Assembly: GCA_036785375.1 (NCBI GenBank)
Contig: JAWMAR010000079.1
Span: 5,022,001-5,086,000, forward strand
From: Leucoraja ocellata
Taxonomy: Eukaryota
Direction of reading: 5' to 3'
DNA: 64,000 nucleotides
Shown: in pieces, positions 22,505 through 34,920 of the stretch
How the letters are laid out: every line of letters begins with the position of its first letter
How positions within the stretch are numbered: position 1 is the stretch's first letter
Translations under genes and position numbers: made by a program
Notes under the pieces: generated by a model
Database searches by the model: none
What the model was told of the DNA's origin: nothing
What the model saw: only the letters and a program-made list of their open reading frames with translations

Positions 22505-24386
22505 GTAAGTGTTATTTTAATTGAACTTTGTCCTTGGAAAAACTAGTGCTGTGATGCAGCACAATTGGAGCTACTTAATTATAGCAGCCATGCCTGTTAC
22601 TGCACTGCTCTAATCTCTGAAATGAAAGTAAATTTGACACAAACTTCTTTTGGTAGATTTGAAAACCTTATTTGGATAAATCTAAACTAAAAGCAAACGA
22701 CCGCATTAACCCTTTAGGTATTTTTTCCCCTTAACACCTTAATACAGCTTGTATGTTTTTTTGCTGTTGCAGAACGACACAGAGGTCAAGCCTTCAACCA
22801 CCGATGGTCTTATTCAAGCGATTAATATGTTGCACAAGGTTAATAATAGAAGAATACTTGTTACTGTTGACCTTCAGTGTGCTAGTTTGCAAGGTTATGG
22901 TCGTGAACAAGTATTGCCTAGGTTGTGATCGATTAACTTGTTTACTGAATACAACTAAAACTGAACTGATGATCCATGAGTTATCAAAAGATTTCTTTGT
23001 TTGGGTGTTGGCTTTGTTAACTCTTTGTGCTGAGGGTTTCATGATTTAATCAACCCCTTTCATGTATTTTGTAATTTTGTATTATGCTTGCTTCTTTGAG
23101 CCTTCGGTGGAGGGAGGTGGTAATTTTTAATCAGCCATCTTAACTATTCTGTATAATTTCAAGTGGGTTTTGTAATAGTAAGTCTCTGCTTCCTTAATTT
23201 TAAATTTTTCATCTTTGCCTTGTAGAACTGAAGCTGCTAATCTGTGGTATAAAAAGATCTTTAAAAAATATCTTTGGCTAACAAACTGCCCTGAGAAGTT
23301 ATACATTTTCATCTGCATTGAATACTGTCATGGTACAAATGCCTCTTTATGCCTGCATACAGTTTAACTCTTGAGAAATTGGTGAACAATTAAGTTTGGT
23401 GGACATAAACAAAAGTTGTGACAATAAAGTGATTGATTGCTAATAACAGTTCAATAGAAGTGTGGTCTCCATGTCTGAACTCTGTGGGTTGTCAGAAAGA
23501 ACACACATACAACTAACTGTTCACCAAGCATTTATTGATTTTTTCAAGAATTCACTTCATGCTCTCTTTAAAGGGTTTAAGATATACCAAATCAAATGTA
23601 TACTAAGCTGTACATAAACCTTCCTCTAACCTTGTTTAAAATAGTTTTACAGGTTAATTCTATTGTGTTCATCATTTTCTGTTTACAGGATAAACACTCA
23701 TTTGGCTTGGTATGGTGGCCTGTTTTCTGAGTGCAAATGTTCTTCTCTGTGTGAAGTTATAGTCATCTGGAAAGAATGGATAATATGAAACATCAAAATT
23801 GTTAATTGGCATCAGTAAAGATGCAATATTTTTTGTTTATACATGGCATTTAAAAAATTTTAGTGATACAATTCATCAAGTTCACGAAGAATATTTTGTA
23901 AATTTGTGCAAAATAATTCAGCCGTCAAAACCAATCCATTTGCAATATTTCCTGAAGGACCAAATGTAAAGCCCCTGTGTGTTTTTATTGGTGAATTAAA
24001 CCCTTATGTACGGACTGAAATTTTGTAGCTATTTTGTTTTTTAACATTCAGAAATGCTTTATTAAAGATATTATTTTCCAGGTTTTTAAGCCCAATTTGT
24101 GGATTTGTCAACATATTGTTCAGCAATTAGAGGTGAAGCAGGAAAATAAGCAACATTTTACTACCAACATTTTAAAGAGTTATTTTGCAATTAAGTTTCT
24201 GTTAATTCAGAATTATTGGGTAGCAAATGCTGAATTTTGGGGGTAGCAAATGCACTTAATATTGTTTGGTGTAATTTAAGAGCTCAGAATTTAGAGACAA
24301 AAATTATTGTCAGCAATTTTGATCAAAATGTTTTGTTTAATCTTTTTAATGTCTGTGGATGAATTACTTTCATATGGCTCATGACA

Positions 24387-24473
24387 TTTCCCGCCAATTT
24401 ATGGGTGCCCGGAAGTAGGTTCAGCTTCTCCTCGTCTTTACAGTGAAGACTAGCTTTGAGGAAGCGCCATTTT
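24387..24473. promoter_or_regulatory. E2F + ETS/GABP + YY1 motif cluster in a CTC1 intron
   Basis: TTTCCCGCCAAT 24387-24398, CCGGAAGT 24409-24416 and CGCCATTTT 24465-24473 in otherwise AT-rich, CpG-poor DNA. Confidence 0.55.
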
Positions 24474-27400
24474 ATTACAAAATTCATTCTTCCTCTTGCA
24501 AAGGTTGAGGCAGCGAGAGAAACCACACAAGGATAGAATTGCCGTGCTTACATGTATATTTCTGCCAGTTGCTGCTTTTGTTAAGCCTTTGGCAGCAACT
24601 GCAGTCTGTCTAACATGTCCTCATTGTTCGTTTGGTGGGCTCTACAGTAAAAGGGTGCAAAATTAACTCTTGCATTCTCGGGTAAATCAAAGATGGAAAA
24701 ATACACTGCCCATTATTTTTTATTTGCCACCAGCGAAGAGAATCTTCCAATGAATCTAGCGTTGTGTACACAATTTCCCTATATATGCCCATTTTATTTT
24801 GGAAATTGTAGTGTTGTAAGTATAAAAACATGTTAAACAGCAACGTAACTTAACATTGAAATAATGCAAATTTATTTTTGTTTGCAATATCCCATCTCCT
24901 GCAATCATGAGGTGGGATATTGTGAAGGTGTGAAGGTTCAACTCCTGGCATTGGAAGAACAATTAGAATAAGGGACCCCAAACTTGTATTTATCACTGTT
25001 TTTGCAGATAGTTTTATTCAAATGCCAATTAATGAATGTAGATGTAATGAAATTCATATGAAAATATTTTGAATATAGGATTAAAAAATTGGTGCGTTGA
25101 ATGACTTCTTTAGAGTTTATTATCTTGGTTAGCCTTTATTCAATCTGAAATTTAAAATTCAAGATAATTCCGAAAACATTTCCAGATATAAAAGTTTAAA
25201 ACATTTTTTAATTCTTCATGATGTCAATCAAAATCTGAAATGAGATTGACATTGGTGTAAATAGCTTTACTAATATTGGTACTATAGTTTTAAAAACACT
25301 ATGACGCATTCTCACTTGACGCATTCTCCTTGAAGTTTCTCCATGAGAATGAAGAAAGACGTGCAGGGTATTGTGCAGTCTCTACTGCTAGTATGTATTC
25401 AAACAATGTACTGGCTAAACACCATGGCACACATTTTAATTGCACTTTGTCACCAAAAATACAATGGAAAATTGTTCTCCAAACATCAAATCTGGTGGCA
25501 AGTGTTTAATCTTACCACTTCTCTTATTTCATGTAGTAAACGTAATGACAATTGTGAAATGGGTTTGTGAATTAAAATTTGGCATTGGATATTTTCGTAA
25601 TAGCCCTATTAGAAAATGTGAAATTTGCAATCCCCAGTCACATAGTAATGACCCACACAAGTTACAGGTATCTAAAGTGCTTATATTTAATATTGGCGTT
25701 CATACAAATGAACATATCTATTTTGCAGTATATATTACTAATGTAAACAAAAATTGTATCTTCGCAAAAATTAAACACAGTTCAAATAGGTAGTTTTACA
25801 GAAAGGGGTTTGCAACAATTGATAATGCTTTCACCAACAAAATGGCTGCCAGTGTGCCTCTTGACATGGTGATGTGGTTAATACAGACTGAAAAAAATTC
25901 TTAATCAGAATTAATACTAAGGATATATTTCAGATAGTTATTAATTGGCAGAAGACAATTCATTTAAATGTCTATTTTGGACAAATTCTTACAAGTACCC
26001 AAAACTCTTTTAATAATTGTTGAAATCACCAATGCTATCTCGTATAGTGGCATTTAAAGGGAATAAAAGATGTGAGCAAAGCCTAAAGATACAATTACAT
26101 TGTGGCCTTTGCTGCACATGGAGGGTGGAATCCATGGTTTTGTATTGGTCAAACCCAACACATTGGACAGATCGTTTTCTATTTCCTGTTCATGGTATTT
26201 TATGGCGACAACTTTATTTTCATCAACGTAGTTGTTCAGATTCTAGTCCCATGGTTTACCACACCCCAGGGATTTTGTAATAGGCAATAGTGTTGTATCA
26301 TAGATTTGTCGATTCTGCATGCTTGACAAAACTGATATTTAGCAAATAAGGCAGGATTGGGAACTTGGGTTTTCAATCATATCTTAATTTTTTGCTGTAA
26401 AATATTGATTGATTAATCACAGATCTTCCAGGTAGTTTCTCTCTTTTTGACACAATTTCCCATTGCAGTAGTGAACTTCCATTTAATTCTCATTTTTGTA
26501 GATCAGCGGTATCAGCATAATATAACACATATTTAAGGAAAATAAGTACCAATAATATAAACAATGGAGAACTCATTAGTGTGAAGCAAGATGAGTAAGC
26601 CTATGGTTTTTCCATTCTAGTTGTAATGAGAACCGTTATAACTGTCCATTTGCATTTGTACATCACCATTCATATTTTACACAACTACTGCACACATTGT
26701 AACTGCTGTTTGGCAATTAGAAGTCCTTGGTTTTGGAAGGAACTGTTTTTGTCCTCATCCCTTCCACAGACCCACAGATTCGCTGAAATCTAGTGATGTT
26801 AACCAAATTGCATTTCAGAATAATGAAGCTTAGTTTCTTCTGTTAGTGTTGCAGTGTTTAGCTCATTGATGTATTCCCGATTTCCATCTTGTAAATAAAG
26901 CAAACATTTGAGATGAGGTGTGGCTTGCATCTCAGGATTGCTCTTCCTTTGACAACAGAAGTATAGTTAATGGAAGGTAGACACAAAGTGCTGGAGTAAA
27001 TCAGTGGGTCAGACAGCATCCCTGGAAGAAAAGAATAGGTGACTTTTCTGGTCGGAACCCTTCTTTCAACTCTGAACTATAAACCAGCATCTTTGATATA
27101 AACCAACATCTGCAGCTCTTTGTTTCTATGGTTAATGAAAGACTCGGTTGTTAGGGTTTATGAATAGAAATTTTACCTTGAATCCAAAATCCTTCTAAAA
27201 TGATTGAATCTCGGTTGTAAATGTCAAGTGAAGCTTAATATCCACGTTTTAAAATTTTTTTTTGTAGAAATTGCGGTCATTGGGTGACAGTTTGAGAAAT
27301 GCCATTGTATTAATTTTAGGGAATTGCATGATCTCAGTTAGCTTTGGTTTGTATGTGGAACTGAAATCATCCATATGTTGTCAGGAAGATCAGATTATTG

Positions 27401-28672
27401 GATCCACAAGTTCTATACTGATTTTCCTTATTGCTTTACTTAAGTATTAATGCAACTGACTCCCAAATGAAATTGATAAACTTGAGAAGAAAAGGTTAAT
27501 TTATAAATTATTTATTTTTTGAACTCCCCATTTTAATTTTCGTTAATTTGAATTAAATGAACTGCAAGCAAAACGTTTTTGCAATCTAGTGCGATCATTA
27601 AATCAGAATGTTTTTGTTTAACATGTTCAACATTAATTTTGGTCCCAACAAATGCACCAAAAATATTTCAATGTTATAAATGCTTGCAAAGCTTAATTTT
27701 GCAAGCATTTGATTCTCATTCTCAGGACTTCCTCTTTTGTTTCTGCAATATGGTTTAGCCAATTAAGTCACTTGAAGCTCTTCTGAGAATTTTTAAAAGT
27801 TTTTTTTTGTTCTTGAACATGCGTGGAAAATCCATTGCATCAAATAGCTGCTGTGTCAACAACACTAATGATAATGCCATGCAGAAGTCCGAATTTGGCA
27901 GATCTTGTTTTAGTAATGGCATGCACAATAAAATCCAGTGGGTTGGAGGATTGGTTGCATCCAAATCTAATGGGTTGGTTGCAGCATTGTTCCTCCATAT
28001 GGCTCCATTTTGTCCTTGTTTCCCTCTTTCAACCCAATTGTGTATGCAGGTGTTCGAAGCAACTGTAGTCAATAAACGTTGACTACAATCATATAACGGT
28101 TTTATCTGCGCTCTGAGGGCAGTGAATACAATTCCACCATTTGGACATGGATATTTTACCCGGATTGTATCTTTAGAGTTTTTTTTATTTCTATGTTTTT
28201 TTGTTTTGCTGTTATCTCTACCATTAGTGAGTTTTCTGCTTCTACACTGTATAACATGAAAACTGAACATTTCCCAGTGATTGCTTCTGAAGCCATAGTT
28301 TATTTAACATTGACATTTTTGCTTAAAACCAATGAACCGTACACCACACAGAGAGTGCTGGATGTATGGAATGAGCTTCTGGTGGCAGAAACTATAACAT
28401 GTAAGAGGCATTTGGACAGGTACATGGATAGGAAAGGCATAGAGGAGAATGGGCCAGACAGGTGTGACGTGTCGCTGGGGCACCTTGGTCGTAATGGGCA
28501 ATCTAGTCCAAATGGCTTGTTTCAGTGCTGTATCACTCTGACTCCATGACCCTAAATTTAGATATTTGAATGAGATGAATACTTGAAGTAATAGTCTCAT
28601 TTTTGCTTGGTCTTTGCACTTGCTAGGGAGGTATAAATATAGTGTGTAACCTTTCCTACAATGTCATTGCAG

Positions 28673-28762
28673 GTGCAGCTGGATTTCATGGGTGAAGCTG
28701 TGAGGTGGTACCATCTGATAAACCACGAGGGAGTTTACCGAGTCATTGGACCAGAACAGGTG
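28673..28762 (+). CDS. CTC1: CTC1 exon 9/19 (VQLDFMGEAVRWYHLINHEGVYRVIGPEQV)
   Basis: ttgcAG acceptor, GTAAGA donor (a tandem GT lies 3 nt upstream); 90 nt. Matches human [27 protein letters not shown]. Confidence 0.95.
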
Positions 28763-29649
28763 GTAAGAGAACAAAAAAATATGATTATGAATGTGATTTT
28801 GTGTGTGTGTGTGGTGCACCTCTCAATAAAATGTAACACAGTTTGTGGTTGGTTTTGAACATCACAGTGAGGGAAGGAAAGATATCACAACCTATTGGTC
28901 CTGATTTTGCTGAAAAATCTTGTCTGTTCTGAAGTAAACCACGAGTATTCAGTTGTTGAAATGTCACTAAATCAGTGTTTGCACATTTGTGGTTGAACAT
29001 GAAAGTTATAAAATTGGTGAATAAAAGATGTGCTTTTTCATTAACACACCTCTATGGAGCCAGCAAGTAGAATGTAATCATGCTGACATTGACAGTATTT
29101 ACACGGCAACATTTCCTCACACTGGATTAAATCTAGGGCAGAATTCCGAACCTCATCAAATTCCATCAGGACTGTGGTGCCGAGGGGAAGGAAGAAAGTA
29201 CTTTCATCTTTTTGTAATTTATTTGTAGGGGTTTTAGATTTAAATTAACATGTTTGTTTACATTCATTTTTATCAGTCTAGATTTTTTAAAACATTTTCT
29301 TATGGTTTTTAATTTTGTGTAAAATGCCCAATGACTGATAGTAGAACTGGGGACAATGAATTTGAAGGAGCTTTGAGGCATAGTTTCTTGAACTCATGGC
29401 TCAGCTGGTCCACAAGCCTCATTGCTGGGATCCAAGATGATTCAGGCAAACAATGTTGTTCTCCACGTCCCTGCTCAGATACATTGATGCTTGCAACTGG
29501 GGATTGCAAGTCCCTGCAAGCAAGACCTGGCCCACAAGAATTTCATCATGATTCCTACTCCGCAGCGGTAAATGCTCGAGCAACTTGATTTTGTGTAATT
29601 TCCACTCCAAAGGTGATTAACATGCTCTTATTTTATTTTACTTATTCAG

Positions 29650-29790
29650 GGAGCATCTGTTTTTGAACAGCACTCTTCCTCCATTCCATTGAAGACTCTA
29701 CAGAGCATGAATTGCCCTCGCTGCCTTGTTGTTCAACCTGACTGGAAGTTCCAGTATATTTCCACGTTCTCTGATTTACGCCAATCCCCA
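29650..29790 (+). CDS. CTC1: CTC1 exon 10/19 (GASVFEQHSS...CPRCLVVQPDWKFQY...RQSP)
   Basis: ttattcAG acceptor, GTAAGC donor; 141 nt, phase 0-0. Matches human CASCLTVQDNWTL. Confidence 0.92.
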
Positions 29791-30080
29791 GTAAGCTGAT
29801 ATTATATAACTCAAAAGTGAATCAAAGATATCTGTTTCCCATTGTACATTATGTTGTCTTGCTAATGAGCTATGGAGAATGGGAAGATTGCCGTTATATG
29901 TAATATATGCTGTGTTGTGCAGTTTGATAGTTTAAGATTTCACCTCAATGACACACTATGACAGACATTGAAAGTAAGCGAGGGAAGATTAGTTTAACAT
30001 TGGTAAATAAAAGATCCATTAGATTATTATGTATGTTATTATTCTGTCAGTAATAACATGGGTTTCATTGTCACTGGTTT

Positions 30081-30500
30081 CATAAGTGATAGGAGTAGAA
30101 TTCGGCCATTCGGCCCATCGTCTACTCCGCCATTCAATCATGGCTGATCTGTCTCTCCCTCTTAACCCCATTCTCCTGCCTTCTCCCGATAACCTATGAC
30201 ACCTGTACTAATCAAGAATCTATCTATCTCTGCCTTAAATATATCCACTGCCTTTGCCTCCACAGCCTTATCTGGCAACGAATTCCACAGATTCACCACC
30301 CTCTGACAAAATAAATTCCTCCATCTCCTTCCTAAGAACGTCCTTTAATTCTGAGGCTATTACCTCTAGTCCTAGACTCTCCCACTAGTGGAAACATCCT
30401 TTTCAAATCCACTCCATCCAAGCCTTTCACTATTCTGTGCATTTCAATTAGGTCCTCCCTCGTTCTTCTAAACTCCAGCGAATATAGGCCCAGTGCCATC
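30081..30500 (-). mobile_element. CR1 LINE 3' fragment
   Basis: LGLYSLEFRRTREDLIEMHRIVKGLD..ESRTRGNSLRIKGRS. Confidence 0.88.
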
Positions 30501-30620
30501 AAGATTTTTATATATTGCATTATTTAATGGACCTTGGCACATGTTGTTAAAGTATCATTGTCGTAAAATGATAGTATTCATGAAAGCTTTTGCTTACTGG
30601 TAAAATTATTTAAATTGCAG

Positions 30621-30715
30621 CTTTCCAAAAAACAAACAAATACATTTGCTTACTTTGAAAAATTGGCCTCAGAAATTCCTCATCCAAGAACTGTTCAAGA
30701 CGTACTCTCTGGCAG
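30621..30715 (+). CDS. CTC1: CTC1 exon 11/19 (LSKKQTNTFAYFEKLASEIPHPRTVQDVLSG)
   Basis: ttgcAG acceptor, GTAAGC donor; 95 nt, phase 0-2. Needed to restore phase before the next exon. TVQDVLSG resembles human SLTDLLSD. Confidence 0.82.
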
Positions 30716-31208
30716 GTAAGCGTATAAATGAAAAAATGAAAATACCCCTTTCCCTGCTCTTTTGATTATTTTTCTATCCTCCATCTCCTGATTTACAATG
30801 TCTCGTTTATGGTCCTCTCAACTGTAGTGAATTTCAGAATCCAAATAGCCATTTTGCAATTGCAAGCTCAAACTCTACGTAAAATAAAGGCTTTGGATTA
30901 TGCACCTTTTTTTGGTGTGTGTTTGAGCTCAATACCATGCTTTCCATGTGTGTGCGCTTTTAATAGGAACACTGGGCATCAAATGGTGTGGGAATCCTAT
31001 GAAGTATTTAGGCATTAGACATTTCCGTCATTAAATTATATTGTTCACCATATTTCTCTTTGAACTTATTTTTTCTAAGTTTAACAGACAAATACTTTAG
31101 ATTAATTCTAACGTATTGTAAAATCCAAAAGAGAAATTTGGCTTTGTTTTAGGAAAGCACATTTTGTGATGTCCTCAATTGGAGTCTTATATTTGGATTA
31201 TCTACCAG

Positions 31209-31318
31209 TTTCTCAGCATCGCTTGTCTCTTTCACGGGAATTATATTGGAAAGAATGTGCTTTGAATCCAAAAGAAGGCCTAACTTTCCATCTTTCATAA
31301 CTGATATCAATACAAAAG
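31209..31318 (+). CDS. CTC1: CTC1 exon 12/19 (FSASLVSFTGIILERMCFE...DINTKG)
   Basis: ctaccAG acceptor, GTAAGA donor; 110 nt, phase 2-1. Matches human FTDSLVSFSAEILSRTLCE. Confidence 0.92.
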
Positions 31319-31972
31319 GTAAGAGTACGGTAAAATTGCAAGCTATACCAGCGAAGTACGTTGCCTGTAATTCTGAAATTAGTGCCCCTAGTCAAATGCT
31401 GTAATATTATAGCAATGTTGGATAATAGCAGGCTGCAGAGTTTTGCCAGAATTTCTTATCTCAGTCACAAATAAGGTTGACCATGGAAGATGCTCTGAAG
31501 CAGAGAGAAAAAGCTGGAGTAGCTCAGCGGGTCAGACAGCATCTCTGGTGAAAAGGAACAGGTGACGTTTCAGGTCGAGACCCTTCCTCAGACTTTGGAG
31601 ACTCGTCCCTGAAGCGGTTCCAGTGCTTTCCCAGTCGTTAAGCGAGAAAACATGCTGATTTCCACAAAATAAAAGATTAAGCATAGGGGTTTTTTTTTTA
31701 AAGTCACTAAGTGGTGGAGTAATGCAGTGAATTAGACAGCAACCCTGGAGAACATAGATAGGTGGATTAGATAGCAACCCTGAAGGAACATAGAGGTTTT
31801 GTCGGCCGGGACCCTTCTTCAGAAAGAGTTATTTTTGGGTGGACAATTTAACTTTTTTGTGCTCTCTTGATGTTTGTCTGGGCACAAGTTGAATAAGGTC
31901 AATTTCTTGAAATATCTCCCAGTGAGTGGGTTTTGTTTTATTTAACATTCCTTGCCTCTTGCTTATCAACAG

Positions 31973-32138
31973 GTGTATTGGTTCCTGGTGACTGGGGTCT
32001 GAAGTTCACCATTGGTCATGTTCAGGATAGAACCATAGCCTTGGATGTCTATGTCGACCTCTCGCAATTAACCTATACCATTGGGATCTTGCCTGGAACC
32101 ATTGTGGCATTCTATAATTTAGAGAGAATTACATCCAG
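31973..32138 (+). CDS. CTC1: CTC1 exon 13/19 (VLVPGDWG...LDVYVDLSQLTYTIGILPGTIVAFYNLERITSR)
   Basis: caacAG acceptor, GTTAGT donor; 166 nt, phase 1-2. Matches human [33 protein letters not shown]. Confidence 0.96.
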
Positions 32139-32216
32139 GTTAGTTTTCTATTAAGGAACAAAAAGTAGCCTTTTGAATCTGCTTTGTCACTCTTGTACCA
32201 TGGCTGGCCTGTTGAC

Positions 32217-32515
32217 TTTGTTTAGTTGAGAGACGCAACATGAAAACAGGCCCTTTGGCCCACCGAGTCCGTTCCGACCAGCGATCCCCACACATACTAA
32301 GATTATCCTACACGCACTAGGGACAATTTTATCAAGCCAATTAACCTGCAAACCTATACATCTTTGGAGTGTGGGAGGAAACTGGAGCTCCCGGGGAAAC
32401 CCCATGCTGTCACGGGGAGAACTTAAAACTCCGTACAGACAGCACCCATGGGTCAGGATCGATCCCAGGTCTCTGGTGTTGTAAGGCAGCAACTCCCCCA
32501 CTGCACCACCCTGTC
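32217..32515 (-). mobile_element. tRNA-derived V-type SINE
   Basis: Full-length reverse-complement copy of the 11093/16722 family. Confidence 0.85.
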
Positions 32516-33796
32516 ACCCAAACCATACATATCACAGCTCCACCTCCCATGACATTCTTACTTTAACTTTATTAACCAATCATAAGTATGGTAATTATCC
32601 CACCTGTTTTGCAAGGTAACTCTTGATTTCCAATCGCCTATGAAGACAAATGTAGTTATGTGGCTTCAGCCCAAATTTTAAGATTGAGTATTATCTTGCA
32701 TGGTTATCTGCCTTGGACACTAATTACCAATTGTTGAGTCTCTGTACCATCTCAAATACCGGAATGAAATCATTTATTAACTTATTTACACTCGAGGATG
32801 CAACCCAAATTGATGCCACCAGTCTTTATCATTTAACCCTCTTAGCTCCAGTATAAATTTGGAGAATGTGTTCTACGTCCCCCATGTTCCGTGTGAGGTA
32901 CGGTGCTCACAATTGAAACCATTTTTTCATGGATCTATACCGAATCCTTGCTACGTTTATGTAATACCGACCCATTGAGATGAAAAGCTGACATTTCATT
33001 TGTGTTGACCATTTTGTATCAATCTGTAGGGTCAAGTGGTTATTGGATTTGTGTTGCCAAATAACTCCATTGAATCCTAACGTTTGACCATTTAGACAAT
33101 ATTTCAGTTAACCTTTGTCAGATTCATAATTTTTGTTTTTTACTGAAGTAACTAGTCTCGCACTCAATCCAAATTAATTTCACATGGGAATTGTGCCTGA
33201 ATGTCATGGTTTTAATTTTATCAATTCAACGGGAATCCGGTATTGAGAGGTGCTTCATACAGCCCTCCAGGGGCCTTTCTGAATGAATTAAAAGGAACAC
33301 TAAAACAAAATAGTTGCAGGTTTGACAGAATAATGAAAACATTTTTGAGTCAATGGCACGGGAAAGGTAGGGTGGATTAACGTGTAGGAAGGAAGTGCGG
33401 ATGCTGGTTTACACTGAAGATAGACATAAAATACTGGAGTAAACTCAGCGGGACAGGCAGCGGCTCTGGTTAGAAGGAATGGGTGATGTTTCGGGTCGAG
33501 ACCCTTCTTCAGACTCGGACTTCAGATTAATTTTGTTTACCGACTGTTCATTTCTTCATAGATAACCTACCCACTGAATGTTTCTGGTATCTTCTGCATT
33601 ATTATTGAGAAATATTTTTTCTTTGAATGTTGATGCATAGCATCCTGCCCTCTGTATCCAACTATACTTTTAAAAGACTGATATCAAATGCAATTGTAAA
33701 GTCTGAGTCACCTTAACTTAGTTCAGACTGTAACCTTGCAAAAACATTTTTCAATGAAATTACCATCTCAGTTTAATTGTTCAAATTGTGTTTCAG

Positions 33797-33874
33797 GCAC
33801 AACAATGTGTACTGCAAATTCGTGCCTCGGAGTAGTGTTTCAGTCCTTGCGTTTTCTTCGTCGGAGGCTAAAAG
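33797..33874 (+). CDS. CTC1: CTC1 exon 14/19 (HNNVYCKFVPRSSVSVLAFSSSEAK)
   Basis: tttcAG acceptor, GTTAGT donor; 78 nt, phase 2-2. Matches human SHNVYCCFRSSTYVQVLSF. Confidence 0.94.
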
Positions 33875-33961
33875 GTTAGTTTGATTTTTCATTTTGTTTA
33901 GTTTGTGTGAAAGCTCAATGTTGAAGAGCCTGTACATCATAATGATAGTCAACTATTCCTC

Positions 33962-34185
33962 GAAGATAGGCACAAAATGCTGGAGTAATTCAGCGTGACA
34001 GGCAGCATCTCTGGATAGAAGGAATGGGTGATGTTTCGGGTTGAAACCCTTCTTCAGGTTGGTGGACAGGTCTCGACCTGAAACGGCACCTATTCCTCCA
34101 CTTCAGAGATGCTGCTTGCCCCGCTGAGTTACTCCAGCATTTTGTGTCTGATATCTGGTTTAAATCGGTATCTGCAGCTCCTTCC
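33962..34185. mobile_element. Penelope-derived fold-back repeat
   Basis: Head-to-head copies of the gctggagtaa..ggtgatgtttcggg..cccttcttcag unit. Confidence 0.75.
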
Positions 34186-34754
34186 GTCAACTGTTCCGTG
34201 CTATTTTACTTCCTCCAATAATTATTTTATAAAACATTCCTACTTGAGAAGATTTAAGTTATTACTTTTAAAAGTGTAACACAGACTGCACATAGAATTC
34301 TTAGAAACAACTTTTTATGATCTTATTATACATTCTTTTCAACTTGGGACCAGAAACTAAAGATTAAAAGCCATTTTAATGTTAAACTGGGTGAAAATAA
34401 GTTAAGTGCAAAAGTCAGATTTAGGAAGTGGTGCAGTGGTAGAGCTGCTTCCTCACAGTGCCAGAGACTTGGGTTTTATTCTAACCTCGGATGCTGTCTG
34501 TATGGAGTTTGCATGTTTTCCCTGTGTCCCTGTGGGGTTGCATAGACCTAGTGCGAATGGGTCGGTGTGGACTTGGTGGGTCAGAGGACCCGTTTCTAAG
34601 CTGTATCTCTAAACTTATAAATGGTCAGAAAAAATGTGATTAATCAGCATTGGTGATGATGTTTGGGGAAGTAACTGGTTAAATTTCGGGGCTAATGACG
34701 TTTAGTTTGATTTTTATCTTAAACCAATGATTTTATTTCTTGATCTGCTTCCAG

Positions 34755-34920
34755 TTCATCGAGAAGTACACTGATTACAGATCGGCCCCATGTCTATCTT
34801 GGAGATTTAATCTCTGGGAAGGAGAGCTGCCGACAGGGCACTGTTTGCTGCCATGTGGTTAACCTTCAATGGATGAAACTACAGTGGGTGTGCAGTCGTT
34901 GCAGCAGTATTTATAAACAG
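34755..34920 (+). CDS. CTC1: CTC1 exon 15/19 (...PHVYLGDLI...CHVVNLQWMKLQWVCSRCSSIYKQ)
   Basis: ttccAG acceptor, GTTTGT donor; 166 nt, phase 2-0. Carries the first CxxC of the zinc ribbon and matches human PHIYLAELL and WVCAYCTSICRQ. Confidence 0.96.

Noticed and set aside
21878-22546. 222-aa ORF as a separate nested protein-coding gene
   Set aside because: It is the large CTC1 exon: the phases fit its neighbours and the HKDALMLRN and LSFHV motifs match CTC1.
27755-28270. 171-aa minus-strand ORF
   Set aside because: No domain similarity or exon-like boundaries that I can support.
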